Positions 56,254-64,000 of a DNA stretch of 64,000 nucleotides are shown one piece after another. This DNA comes from an uncultured virus (IMG/VR IMGVR_UViG_3300020050_005616) (Duplodnaviria; Heunggongvirae; Uroviricota; Caudoviricetes): the IMG/VR virus record IMGVR_UViG_3300020050_005616. The stretch is one strand, 5' to 3'. The position numbers and the translations under genes are program-made. Below the pieces are notes generated by a model. It had not been told where the DNA came from and did not search any database. It saw only the letters and a list, made by a program, of their open reading frames with translations. Every line of letters begins with the position of its first letter. Within the stretch, counting starts at the first letter, position 1.

Positions 56254-56570
56254 TGATAGTAAATTATTTAAAAGATCAGTACTTAGCGGTGATCATCACC
56301 GTTATCTGGATATTCTTTACACTACATAATCAGAATAAGAATGATATTCTTATAGAACAAACTAAGAAACTAGAACGTGAGATACTTGTTCTTGAACAGA
56401 AAGATCATGAGTCTAGTAGAATTATAGATAGCTTATCTAGAGTGGACACACTCATAGTTAATAGAATTAAAATCATCAAACAAAAAGAATATGTACAAAT
56501 TAGGATTATTGATAGCTTGCCTGTTAGTGGGCTTCAAAGGTACTTCACAGATCGTTACTCAGAAAAATGA
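56253..56570 (+). CDS. Putative inner-membrane spanin component
   Basis: N-terminal TM helix plus coiled coil, after the endolysin; overlaps the next gene. Confidence 0.5.
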   Translation: MIVNYLKDQYLAVIITVIWIFFTLHNQNKNDILIEQTKKLEREILVLEQKDHESSRIIDSLSRVDTLIVNRIKIIKQKEYVQIRIIDSLPVSGLQRYFTDRYSEK

Positions 56571-56967
56571 TTCTGTCGTTACCCTTAGTGAAGCTATATC
56601 TAGGAAGGTTGTTTCTGATCTTGTACGTTATGATTTTGCTAAGAATGTTCTCAAAGAGCAAGAGATAAGAATCAAGAATTATCAAACTAAAGAGATTCAA
56701 TTTAAGAATCAATTAGATATAAAGGATTCCATTATATTCCATCAGAAGAGTATCATTGATATTCACAAAGAGATAATCAAGAGTAAAAAATCTTTAGAGA
56801 TACATGGATATATAGGTGTACAATCAATTCAATTCAGATTAGTAGAACCTATGTTGTATACAAATATAATGTTTGAGTTTCCTAAGTTTAGTGTAGGAGC
56901 TCAATACTACGTACAACCTAACAATCCTAGTGGATATGGGATTATTCTAGAATATAACTTATTTTAA
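56491..56967 (+). CDS. Putative outer-membrane spanin-like component
   Basis: Signal-peptide-like N-terminus, coiled coil, amphipathic beta-strands ending ILEYNLF; 80-nt overlap with the previous gene. Confidence 0.45.
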   Translation: MYKLGLLIACLLVGFKGTSQIVTQKNDSVVTLSEAISRKVVSDLVRYDFAKNVLKEQEIRIKNYQTKEIQFKNQLDIKDSIIFHQKSIIDIHKEIIKSKKSLEIHGYIGVQSIQFRLVEPMLYTNIMFEFPKFSVGAQYYVQPNNPSGYGIILEYNLF

Positions 56968-56968
56968 C

Positions 56969-57103
56969 ATGGCAAAACAAACCAACACATCAGAAAAAGC
57001 AGTAAAAATTAAAGTGAGCAGACCAGGTGTGCACGCTAAAGCTCAGACATCTAAACTTAAATCTTCTAAGAATTATAAGAAGATCTATAATGGACAGGGA
57101 TAA
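56969..57103 (+). CDS. 44-aa basic peptide (MAKQTNTSEKAVKIKVSRPGVHAKAQTSKLKSSKNYKKIYNGQG)
   Basis: ATG 1 nt after the previous stop; TAATG coupling to the next ORF. Confidence 0.65.
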   Translation: MAKQTNTSEKAVKIKVSRPGVHAKAQTSKLKSSKNYKKIYNGQG

Positions 57104-57252
57104 TGGATTGGGAATTAACATTCGCTCTCTATTGGCCTCACGATAGATTTGCTATAGGATGGGATGTCCTACATGCTGATGAAAAATATAATTACAACAC
57201 ATATATATTGTATCTAGGGATACTTACAATAACATTAGATATAAATAATTAA
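57103..57252 (+). CDS. 49-aa hypothetical protein (MDWELTFALYWPHDRFAIGW...)
   Basis: TAATG-coupled small ORF. Confidence 0.55.
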   Translation: MDWELTFALYWPHDRFAIGWDVLHADEKYNYNTYILYLGILTITLDINN

Positions 57253-57326
57253 TCTAGTTAGACTCGTTCTAACTATTTTTGTTATTTTATTTTGGTGAAA
57301 AATAAAGACTTATAGTAAAAAATACT

Positions 57327-57334
57327 TATTTTTG
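57327..57334 (+). promoter_or_regulatory. Bacteroidota -7 element
   Basis: TATTTTTG upstream of the ATG at 57358. Confidence 0.4.
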
Positions 57335-57357
57335 TATAATGAATAAAATTTAAAGAA

Positions 57358-58002
57358 ATGGCTATACCATCAAGACAGATAGGTTGGAGTGCAGAAGATA
57401 ATCTGTTGTGGCAAATCTCTAAGCAATTAGAACAACTTACTAACGTTACAAGTAACAGTAATGGAACTTCTGGTACAAGTGGTACAAGTGGAACCAGTGG
57501 AACAACTGGTACAAGTGGAACATCTGGTACAAGTGGTTCTTCAGCATATAAATATAATTTTGGAGGAAGTTTAACTTTAACTGGTACGTTAACAACTACT
57601 AACTTACTAACAATAACAATACCAGCAAATTCATTAACTGATTATTTGGATATTAGAAGTATAATGGTGCAACAATCTGGTACAGTTTTAGGGGGTATGA
57701 CAGTAAGGGTATGGCATAATAGTGTTAATAATTTTAACACAGCAACTAGAATAGCAAACTATGCTTTCGGTGGTGGCGGGGCTGATCTATTTGCGCAAAT
57801 GACAAGAAAGTTTTCATTGCAATCTGGATTATTGTTTGGTTTTCCTGCACAGGGTTCAAATATTGCTGGGGAAGGTTCAACTGCTAATGCGGCTTTATCA
57901 ATACCTTTTGATCCAACGGCAATTAATTATTTATTTGTATCTATACAATTAAACAATGTAACAGATACTGCAACATTAAGAAATGTAAATATAATAAATT
58001 AA
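57358..58002 (+). CDS. Fibre/decoration protein: IPSRQIGW anchor, (GTS)n and beta-rich head
   Basis: N-terminus shared with 58006 and 60057; GTS repeats. Confidence 0.7.
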   Translation: MAIPSRQIGWSAEDNLLWQISKQLEQLTNVTSNSNGTSGTSGTSGTSGTTGTSGTSGTSGSSAYKYNFGGSLTLTGTLTTTNLLTITIPANSLTDYLDIRSIMVQQSGTVLGGMTVRVWHNSVNNFNTATRIANYAFGGGGADLFAQMTRKFSLQSGLLFGFPAQGSNIAGEGSTANAALSIPFDPTAINYLFVSIQLNNVTDTATLRNVNIIN

Positions 58003-58005
58003 ACT

Positions 58006-60042
58006 ATGTCAATACCTAGTAAACAGATAGGGTGGGGAACAGAATCCAATCTCTTATGGCAGATTGCTAAACAGATACAATATTTAACACAAGTAACAGC
58101 ATCATCTGCTAGTGCACCAAGTCCATTTCAATATAATGCAAACGGAACTGGCATAGAGCCAATTTTAGGAACTAATGATGCAAGTGGTACAAACGCTACA
58201 ATAGGTGGTGGATGTGGTAATACTGCTTCTGGTACTATTTCAACAGTTGGTGGTGGTCTTTGTAATTTTGTAACTGATAATCAATCAACAATAGGTGGTG
58301 GTTATTGTAATATAGCTTGTGGTAATTATGCAACAGTTGGTGGTGGTAGGCAAAATACTGCATCTGGTTCATTTTCTATAATCGGTGGGGGTGGTCAAAA
58401 TATTATCAATATTACTGGCGATGCACCAGCTTTAATTAGTGGTGGTAGAGGAAATAAAATTTGTGGTTATGGACAAAGTGCTTCAATAGTTGGTGGCGAA
58501 AATAACTGCATAGTTGGTAATGGAAATTATCAATCATTTATAGGTGGTGGTAATTGCAATCAAATAAATGGAAGTTATAATGGTAATAGAAATGCTATTG
58601 TAGGTGGTGGTTATAATTCAATATTAAATGGTAGTTATAGTATAATTGGCGGAGGTAGATGCAATAATGTTTCTAATACCTATATAACCATAGGTGGCGG
58701 TTCTTTTAACACTGCTTCTGGTGGATGTTCAACAATAGGCGGTGGTAAATGTAATACTGCTTCTGGTTGTTATTCAACAGTTAGTGGTGGTCAATGTAAT
58801 ACTGCTTCTTATCGTTATACAACAGTTAGTGGTGGTAAAGGTAACACTGCTTCTGGTGGTTATTCATTTGTTGGAGGTGGTAGATATAATATTGCTTATT
58901 CTGGTTTTGGTGGTGCAACAGTTAGTGGTGGTTTTGGTAATTGCAGTTGCTCTGATTACTCTACAATTGGTGGAGGTAGTTTTAACTTAATTAATGATGT
59001 TGGTGCTTGTAGTTCAACAATATCTGGTGGTAGAGATAATATTATTGGAGGAAGTGCTGGTTGTGCCGTTATTGGTGGTGGTTGTAGAAATAAAGTTTAT
59101 AGTAATGGTTCAACAATTGGCGGTGGTTTATATAATACTGCTTTTAGTTATTATTCAACAATTGGAGGTGGTTATTGTAATAAAATTTATTCTGGAGGGA
59201 ATAGTGCATCTATTGTTGGTGGGAAGTGGAATCGCATATCAAACTCAATGAGTTATCCTCTTGCAAATGGTTCATTCATCGGTGGTGGTTATTGTAATAA
59301 AGTAGAAGCCAAGTATTCATTAATTGTTGGTGGAGGTTATAATGCACCTAGTAATGGTAATGGAATATATACTGGTGCTGACTTTTCAACAATAGTTGGT
59401 GGTAATGGAAATAAAGTTTATAGTAATGGTAAATTTTCTTTCATCGGTGGTGGTGGTGGAAATAACTATTTATATGGTAATAAAGTAAGTGGTTGCTATT
59501 CATCAATTGTAGGTGGTAGAAATAACAATGCTTCTGGTAATTTTGCAATAATTGGAGGTGGTTTTTATAATGCTGCTTCTTATAGTTATTCAACAGTAGG
59601 AGGTGGTAAAAGAAATACTGCTTCTTGTGTTTATTCAACAGTTAGTGGTGGTTTTGGTAATACTGCTTCTGGTATAGGTTCAACAGTTAGTGGTGGCGGA
59701 GCGTATTATTATAATGGTGGTTTTTATAATGCTGGTAATATTGCTTCTGGAAATAACTCCACAATTGGCGGTGGTTTATATAATATTGCTGCTAATCCTT
59801 ATTCAACAATAGGTGGTGGACGTCAAAACACTGCTTCTGGGTCTGCTTCTGGAATTTTAGGGGGAAAATATAACAACACAAACACTTATGATTGTGCAAT
59901 GATAATTGGTAGTAATATTACTGCAAATAGAGTTTGTGCAACATTTGTAAACAACTTATCTATTGTAAATATTCCAACTGCAAGTGCTGGTTTACCGAGT
60001 GGTTCAGTTTGGAAAAATGGAAATGTATTAAATATAGTTTAA
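58006..60042 (+). CDS. Long Gly-rich beta-roll fibre/adhesin, paralogue of 47129..48556
   Basis: 14-aa STIGGG.N repeats; C-terminus GSNITA.R..TFVN.LSI.NIPT...GLPSG.VW shared with 47129. Confidence 0.75.
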   Translation: MSIPSKQIGWGTESNLLWQIAKQIQYLTQVTASSASAPSPFQYNANGTGIEPILGTNDASGTNATIGGGCGNTASGTISTVGGGLCNFVTDNQSTIGGGYCNIACGNYATVGGGRQNTASGSFSIIGGGGQNIINITGDAPALISGGRGNKICGYGQSASIVGGENNCIVGNGNYQSFIGGGNCNQINGSYNGNRNAIVGGGYNSILNGSYSIIGGGRCNNVSNTYITIGGGSFNTASGGCSTIGGGKCNTASGCYSTVSGGQCNTASYRYTTVSGGKGNTASGGYSFVGGGRYNIAYSGFGGATVSGGFGNCSCSDYSTIGGGSFNLINDVGACSSTISGGRDNIIGGSAGCAVIGGGCRNKVYSNGSTIGGGLYNTAFSYYSTIGGGYCNKIYSGGNSASIVGGKWNRISNSMSYPLANGSFIGGGYCNKVEAKYSLIVGGGYNAPSNGNGIYTGADFSTIVGGNGNKVYSNGKFSFIGGGGGNNYLYGNKVSGCYSSIVGGRNNNASGNFAIIGGGFYNAASYSYSTVGGGKRNTASCVYSTVSGGFGNTASGIGSTVSGGGAYYYNGGFYNAGNIASGNNSTIGGGLYNIAANPYSTIGGGRQNTASGSASGILGGKYNNTNTYDCAMIIGSNITANRVCATFVNNLSIVNIPTASAGLPSGSVWKNGNVLNIV

Positions 60043-60056
60043 TAAAATAAAAAATC

Positions 60057-60203
60057 ATGGCAATACCTAGTAGACAAATTGGATGGAGTACACAAAGTAA
60101 TCTCCTATGGCAAATATCTAAACAATTAGAATATCTGACATGTGTAACTGCTGGTGGATGTAATACAACTACGACTACCACCACAACAGTTCCTGTTCTT
60201 TAA
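60057..60203 (+). CDS. 48-aa IPSRQIGW anchor peptide with poly-Thr tail, missed by the ORF track
   Basis: MAIPSRQIGWSTQSNLLWQISKQLEYLTCVTAGGCNTTTTTTTTVPVL; clear paralogue of the 57358 and 58006 N-termini. Confidence 0.8.
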   Translation: MAIPSRQIGWSTQSNLLWQISKQLEYLTCVTAGGCNTTTTTTTTVPVL

Positions 60204-60231
60204 TAACACAAACAATAAAACCAACTACATT

Positions 60232-61248
60232 ATGAAAGATTTAAAATTTATCCAGGCTTGTCCTAGCGATATTTATTACACATGGCAAGTTAACCTTTGG
60301 TTAGAGAGCTTAAAAGAGATAGGACATAGCGATAAAGCTATATCAGTTATCTTCACTCCTAAAGGGAGAGAGAATAAAGACAAGTGGAAACAGATAGAAG
60401 AGTTATATCCAGAGGCTGAGTTTCATTACTACGAAGATGAAGATAATTTAAATCGATTGTTAGGAGTTTATATTCCTGTACTAAGACCATATGTTCTTTG
60501 GAAACATTTCAAAGCACATCCAGAACTAAGTGAGAAAGCAATTTTCTATTGTGACTCTGACATTCTTTTTATGAAGGATTTCAATTTAGAACAATTCTTA
60601 GAAGATGATATTAACTATCTATCTGATACAAACAGCTATATTAATGCTAAGTATTTTGATAGTAAAATAGGTCAAGTGTTACCAGAGAAGCTAGAAGAAT
60701 ACAAGAATAGAGATATTCTTGGAGAGATTGCAAGTGTTGTAGGAATAAACAGAGAAATATGTGAAGCTAATAATGATCATTCAGGAGGAGCTCAATATCT
60801 ATTAAAGAATGTAGATGGTGATTTCTGGAGTAAGGTGATGAATGATTGTATTCTTATAAGAAGCTATTTACAAACAGTGAATAGAGAATTCTTTAAAGAT
60901 GAAAATGCTGGATACCAAAGCTGGTGTGCAGATATGTGGGCTGTCTTATGGAACATATGGTTGAGAGACCAAGAAACTAAAGTGGTTCCAGAATTAAATT
61001 TTGCTTGGGCAACTGATCCAATATCTAAACTTGATACACATACAATCTTTCATAATGCAGGAATAGTTTCTGAAACAGGAAATGGTTACCCAGCCTTTTA
61101 TAAAGGTAAATATCACATGGGAACTGATCCAACAAAAGACACTAGTCTAGATGTTGTTATTAATGATGAGAATTCAAAAAAATATTGCACATGGTTCTAT
61201 GCAACTAAATTAAATGAACTAAAACAAAAATATAACCTAAACTATTAA
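60232..61248 (+). CDS. GT-A glycosyltransferase resembling peptidyl-Ser/Hyp O-glycosyltransferases (SGT1/HPAT-like)
   Basis: YY.WQ, RPY, YCDSDI (DxD), GGAQYL, W.ADMWA and H.AG motifs. Start set at the ATG at 60232. Confidence 0.55.
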   Translation: MKDLKFIQACPSDIYYTWQVNLWLESLKEIGHSDKAISVIFTPKGRENKDKWKQIEELYPEAEFHYYEDEDNLNRLLGVYIPVLRPYVLWKHFKAHPELSEKAIFYCDSDILFMKDFNLEQFLEDDINYLSDTNSYINAKYFDSKIGQVLPEKLEEYKNRDILGEIASVVGINREICEANNDHSGGAQYLLKNVDGDFWSKVMNDCILIRSYLQTVNREFFKDENAGYQSWCADMWAVLWNIWLRDQETKVVPELNFAWATDPISKLDTHTIFHNAGIVSETGNGYPAFYKGKYHMGTDPTKDTSLDVVINDENSKKYCTWFYATKLNELKQKYNLNY

Positions 61249-61264
61249 CCCTTAATTTAAACAA

Positions 61265-61450
61265 ATGGGAAGCATTAATTCAAGACCTTTAAAGGCTTTC
61301 GTTAGATTCGATGGATCTGGCAGAATAGTTGCAGGAAGCTTAATCCTTAGAAAAAATAAGCCAAAAGTGGGCAAGTGGAAAGAAATCTCAGCATACGAAT
61401 GCTGTAATTACATTCCTACCACTACATCTACAACAACATCACCAACATAA
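61265..61450 (+). CDS. Small protein with CCNY and Thr tail (tandem paralogue 1)
   Basis: LKAFVRFDGSGR.V..SLI...KPKVG.WKEI.A.ECCNY.PTTT. Confidence 0.75.
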   Translation: MGSINSRPLKAFVRFDGSGRIVAGSLILRKNKPKVGKWKEISAYECCNYIPTTTSTTTSPT

Positions 61451-61452
61451 TC

Positions 61453-61638
61453 ATGGCTAGAAATAATAATAATAAGCTTAAAGCTTTTGTACGTTTTGAT
61501 GGTTCAGGACGTGTAGTATCAAGTAGTTTAATTGTACAAGCATTTAAACCGAAGGTTGGTAATTGGAAAGAGATAGATGCTAAGGAGTGTTGTAATTATG
61601 TTCCAACAACAACCACAACAACCACTGGTCCAACATAA
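61453..61638 (+). CDS. Small protein with CCNY and Thr tail (tandem paralogue 2)
   Basis: Near-identical motif to 61265..61450. Confidence 0.75.
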   Translation: MARNNNNKLKAFVRFDGSGRVVSSSLIVQAFKPKVGNWKEIDAKECCNYVPTTTTTTTGPT

Positions 61639-61655
61639 TTTAAAAACTAAATAAC

Positions 61656-62072
61656 ATGGCACTAAAATCACTATTTCCAGATGATATGATTAGTAAAGGA
61701 TCTAGTAGCGAGCTTTCATTAGAGAGTATCGCTGCTAAGCTTACTTACTTTCATGAGCAACTACATTTGTTGCACTGGCAGACAAGTTCATATGCAGAAC
61801 ATCAGGCTCTTGGGAGCTTATATGATTATGTACATGATTTCAAAGATGGTCTGATTGAGAAGATTATGGGATATACAGGTAAAAGACCTACAGCTTATAA
61901 GATAGAACCTCTTGGAGCAGCTAATGCTACATCTGTTGTTTCTGAGTTAATGAGCTTTGCTTCATCTCTAAAAGGATATGGTGAGAAGAATAGCTTCCAC
62001 GATGTATGTAATCTTGCAGACTCTCTATCAGGAGAAGCAGCTAAAACTAAATATCTTTTAACATTGTCATAA
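61656..62072 (+). CDS. Ferritin/Dps-like four-helix protein
   Basis: HLLHWQT.SYAEH.AL..LYD....D..IE and KYLLTL motifs. Confidence 0.65.
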   Translation: MALKSLFPDDMISKGSSSELSLESIAAKLTYFHEQLHLLHWQTSSYAEHQALGSLYDYVHDFKDGLIEKIMGYTGKRPTAYKIEPLGAANATSVVSELMSFASSLKGYGEKNSFHDVCNLADSLSGEAAKTKYLLTLS

Positions 62073-62356
62073 TGGAGATAAACAGAAAACATTTTCCAAG
62101 AGTGATGCAAGATAATGATGAAACATTCCTTGCACATCTGGAAGGTGTTATTTCTTCTGTTGATGAACTATGTAGCTTAGAGATAACAAAGAGTTTAGAA
62201 TCATATAGATTCAGAATAGCATGTAGTCTTCCTAAGTATAACAATATGGTGATAGAAGAAATATTAAAGTTCTGTAATCTATTCCATATAAGACTTGACA
62301 TGAGCAAGAGTATTAAAACATCAAGTGTAATATCATTTGAAATAAATCTAAATTAA
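62072..62356 (+). CDS. Hypothetical protein
   Basis: 94-aa ORF coupled by TAATG to the previous gene. Confidence 0.6.
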   Translation: MEINRKHFPRVMQDNDETFLAHLEGVISSVDELCSLEITKSLESYRFRIACSLPKYNNMVIEEILKFCNLFHIRLDMSKSIKTSSVISFEINLN

Positions 62357-62358
62357 TT

Positions 62359-63510
62359 ATGCCAACATTTATAAAACCAGGATTCTGGAAAGAAACATGC
62401 AATCCTTGTAATGGTTACAAAGGATGGCTAAATCTTGATCAATTCTCTAGTCAATCGGGAACAAATGGAACAAGTGGAACTTCAGGACTTAATGGAGATA
62501 GATATCAAACTACATCTACAACAACTTTTGAATTAGGAGTGAGTACAACTCTTACAGTTGGTACAGGATTAGCTTATTCAGTGGCACAAGATGTCATTAT
62601 ATCATATAATTCTACTAATCATCAAGTAAGTGAAGTAGTGAGTTATAATCCTTTAACAGGTGTTTTAGTAATTGGGCCTCCTACTGTTGTAACTGGATCA
62701 GGTACATATAGTGTATGGGGAGTAAATCTAAATGGTGCAGCTGGAGGAAATGGTACAAATGGAACTTCTGGTACAACTGGTACATCAGGTAGCTCTGGAA
62801 CTAGTGGAACAACTGGTACTTCTGGAACAACTGGTACTTCTGGGACTAGTGGGACTAGTGGAACATCAGGAAGTACAGGAACTAGTGGAACAGCTGGGTC
62901 TAGTGGGTCTAGTGGTTCATCAGGTACTTCTGGAACAAGCGGAACATCTGGTACAAGTGGAACTAGTGGATCTTCAGGAGTGAGTAATGCTACAGCATCT
63001 TACGGTTTATTTGCTCAAACAGCTGATTCAACCCCTGTAACTAACACTGCAGTAGAAACAACAATAATAGGACCAGGAGTTGGTACATTAACTGTTCCTG
63101 CAAATGCATTTTCTATTGGAGATTCTTTTACATGTTCGTTAGATGGTATACTTTCTTGTACGAGTTCCTCTACAGTGCATATTAGAATAAAAACAGGAGC
63201 TGGTGTACTTCTTGCAGATACTGGAATAATTGATTTAGCTGCAGCAACTAATAAAGCTTGGATAATAAATTTATACTTTACAATTAGAACATTAGGAGCA
63301 ACTACTGTTGCATCTGTTTCATCTGGAGGATTATTTTCTTATATTAGAAATGGAGGAACACAATTTGAAGGTTATAATTTAAGTACAGTTAATAGCACTA
63401 CATTTAATACCACTGTAAGCAACACGCTTGTAATCACCGCTCAATGGGATACAGCTACTATAGATAATTCAATAACATCAAGAAACTTTACATTAACAAA
63501 AGTTTATTAA
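62359..63510 (+). CDS. Fibre protein with long (G-T/S-S/T)n collagen-like region and beta-rich domains
   Basis: More than 25 consecutive Gly-X-Y triplets at about 62734-62980. Confidence 0.7.
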   Translation: MPTFIKPGFWKETCNPCNGYKGWLNLDQFSSQSGTNGTSGTSGLNGDRYQTTSTTTFELGVSTTLTVGTGLAYSVAQDVIISYNSTNHQVSEVVSYNPLTGVLVIGPPTVVTGSGTYSVWGVNLNGAAGGNGTNGTSGTTGTSGSSGTSGTTGTSGTTGTSGTSGTSGTSGSTGTSGTAGSSGSSGSSGTSGTSGTSGTSGTSGSSGVSNATASYGLFAQTADSTPVTNTAVETTIIGPGVGTLTVPANAFSIGDSFTCSLDGILSCTSSSTVHIRIKTGAGVLLADTGIIDLAAATNKAWIINLYFTIRTLGATTVASVSSGGLFSYIRNGGTQFEGYNLSTVNSTTFNTTVSNTLVITAQWDTATIDNSITSRNFTLTKVY

Positions 63511-63511
63511 A

Positions 63512-63543
63512 TTTGGATTTGTAACAAATATATACTAAATTTG
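63512..63543 (+). promoter_or_regulatory. Bacteroidota-type promoter
   Basis: TTTG at 63512 and TAAATTTG at 63536 (20-nt spacer). Confidence 0.65.
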
Positions 63544-63572
63544 TGACATAAATCAATTAAATAATTTACATT

Positions 63573-63809
63573 ATGGCACAGTATGATCCTAACAAGAGGT
63601 ACACATGGACTCCTGAAGACACATTTACATTAACAGGACAACAATTTGGTCTAATTCTTAACACGGTTAGATCTTATCTATCATCAGAAGAAGCAGCACG
63701 CTTTCAATTGATGGTTCAGGCTAATGAAGTGATCGAAAAATTAATGATAGCAGGTGTTGAAGCTGATGTTGTTAAAGAAGTAGAAGAAGCTTCTCCAGTA
63801 GCAGAATAG
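63573..63809 (+). CDS. Hypothetical acidic protein
   Basis: 78-aa ORF with its own promoter and a downstream hairpin. Confidence 0.65.
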   Translation: MAQYDPNKRYTWTPEDTFTLTGQQFGLILNTVRSYLSSEEAARFQLMVQANEVIEKLMIAGVEADVVKEVEEASPVAE

Positions 63810-63816
63810 TTAACAT

Positions 63817-63849
63817 ACCTGTTGGGTGACGAAAAACAGGTGTTTTATT
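63817..63849 (+). terminator. Possible terminator
   Basis: ACCTGTT...AACAGGT followed by GTTTTATT. Confidence 0.45.
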
Positions 63850-63869
63850 AAGAACAAAAGCACTTCCTT

Positions 63870-64000
63870 ATGGGAATATACGAACCAAAGAATAGAATAG
63901 ATGTTACAACACCCAAGGGAGATGGGATAATTCTTTTTGTGACTGATTATGGTCATGAGACAGACACCATCTATACAATTATTATTAATACCACAGGTGA
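63870..64000 (+). CDS. Partial hypothetical protein running off the window (MGIYEPKNRIDVTTPKGDG...)
   Basis: Open frame from the ATG at 63870 to the window end. Confidence 0.55.
   Translation, partial: MGIYEPKNRIDVTTPKGDGIILFVTDYGHETDTIYTIIINTTG

Noticed and set aside
7538..60231. Track start positions 7538, 8482, 49790 and 60154
   Set aside because: They overlap upstream genes and add implausible residues. Downstream ATGs at 7586, 8491, 49865 and 60232 fit better.
47188..62983. Alternative-frame Val/Leu/His-rich ORFs (47188, 47484, 47580, 58742, 58994, 59441, 62732)
   Set aside because: Frame shadows of Gly-rich repeats.
284..63809. Stop-codon reassignment (TAG or TGA), as in some crAss-like phages
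   Set aside because: Very long ORFs are uninterrupted under code 11. TAG and TGA act as ordinary stops at gene ends, and no suppressor tRNA is seen.
1..64000. Complete DGR cassette (RT, TR, Avd)
   Set aside because: No reverse-transcriptase motif and no AAC-rich noncoding copy of the 5811-5987 region were found in this window.

Overview
This window is part of a large AT-rich lytic phage genome that is very probably crAss-like (Crassvirales or a close relative) and infects Bacteroidota. Host-type TTTG/TAnnTTTG promoters are present, and the standard genetic code reads through all long ORFs. Almost every gene is on the + strand. In order the window holds: (1) a tRNA-fMet-like gene; (2) a post-capsid structural block with ring, auxiliary capsid, hub, IHF-like and muzzle genes, assigned mainly by synteny; (3) many Cys-rich decoration and fibre genes carrying poly-Thr/Ser-Thr mucin-like tracts; (4) virion cargo proteins, including a 4440-aa virion RNA polymerase with a GSDFDIDK motif; (5) Gly-rich beta-roll fibres; (6) a sulfotransferase / APS kinase / glycosyltransferase cluster; (7) a lysis cassette; (8) further fibres plus a likely Ser/Thr O-glycosyltransferase. 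The most notable candidate system is a phage-encoded virion 'glycocalyx'. At least 12 structural or decoration proteins carry mucin-like Thr/Ser tracts and three fibres carry (Gly-Thr-Ser)n collagen-like repeats. The same region encodes an Aah/TibC-type protein O-glycosyltransferase fusion, a second peptide O-glycosyltransferase-like enzyme, a GT9-like enzyme and a compact PAPS-synthesis/sulfation module. Other points of interest are a probable DGR variable region with no RT or TR in the window, a split muzzle gene, and two classes of fixed-spacing upstream promoter motifs. All protein family calls come from motif recognition by eye, not database searches.
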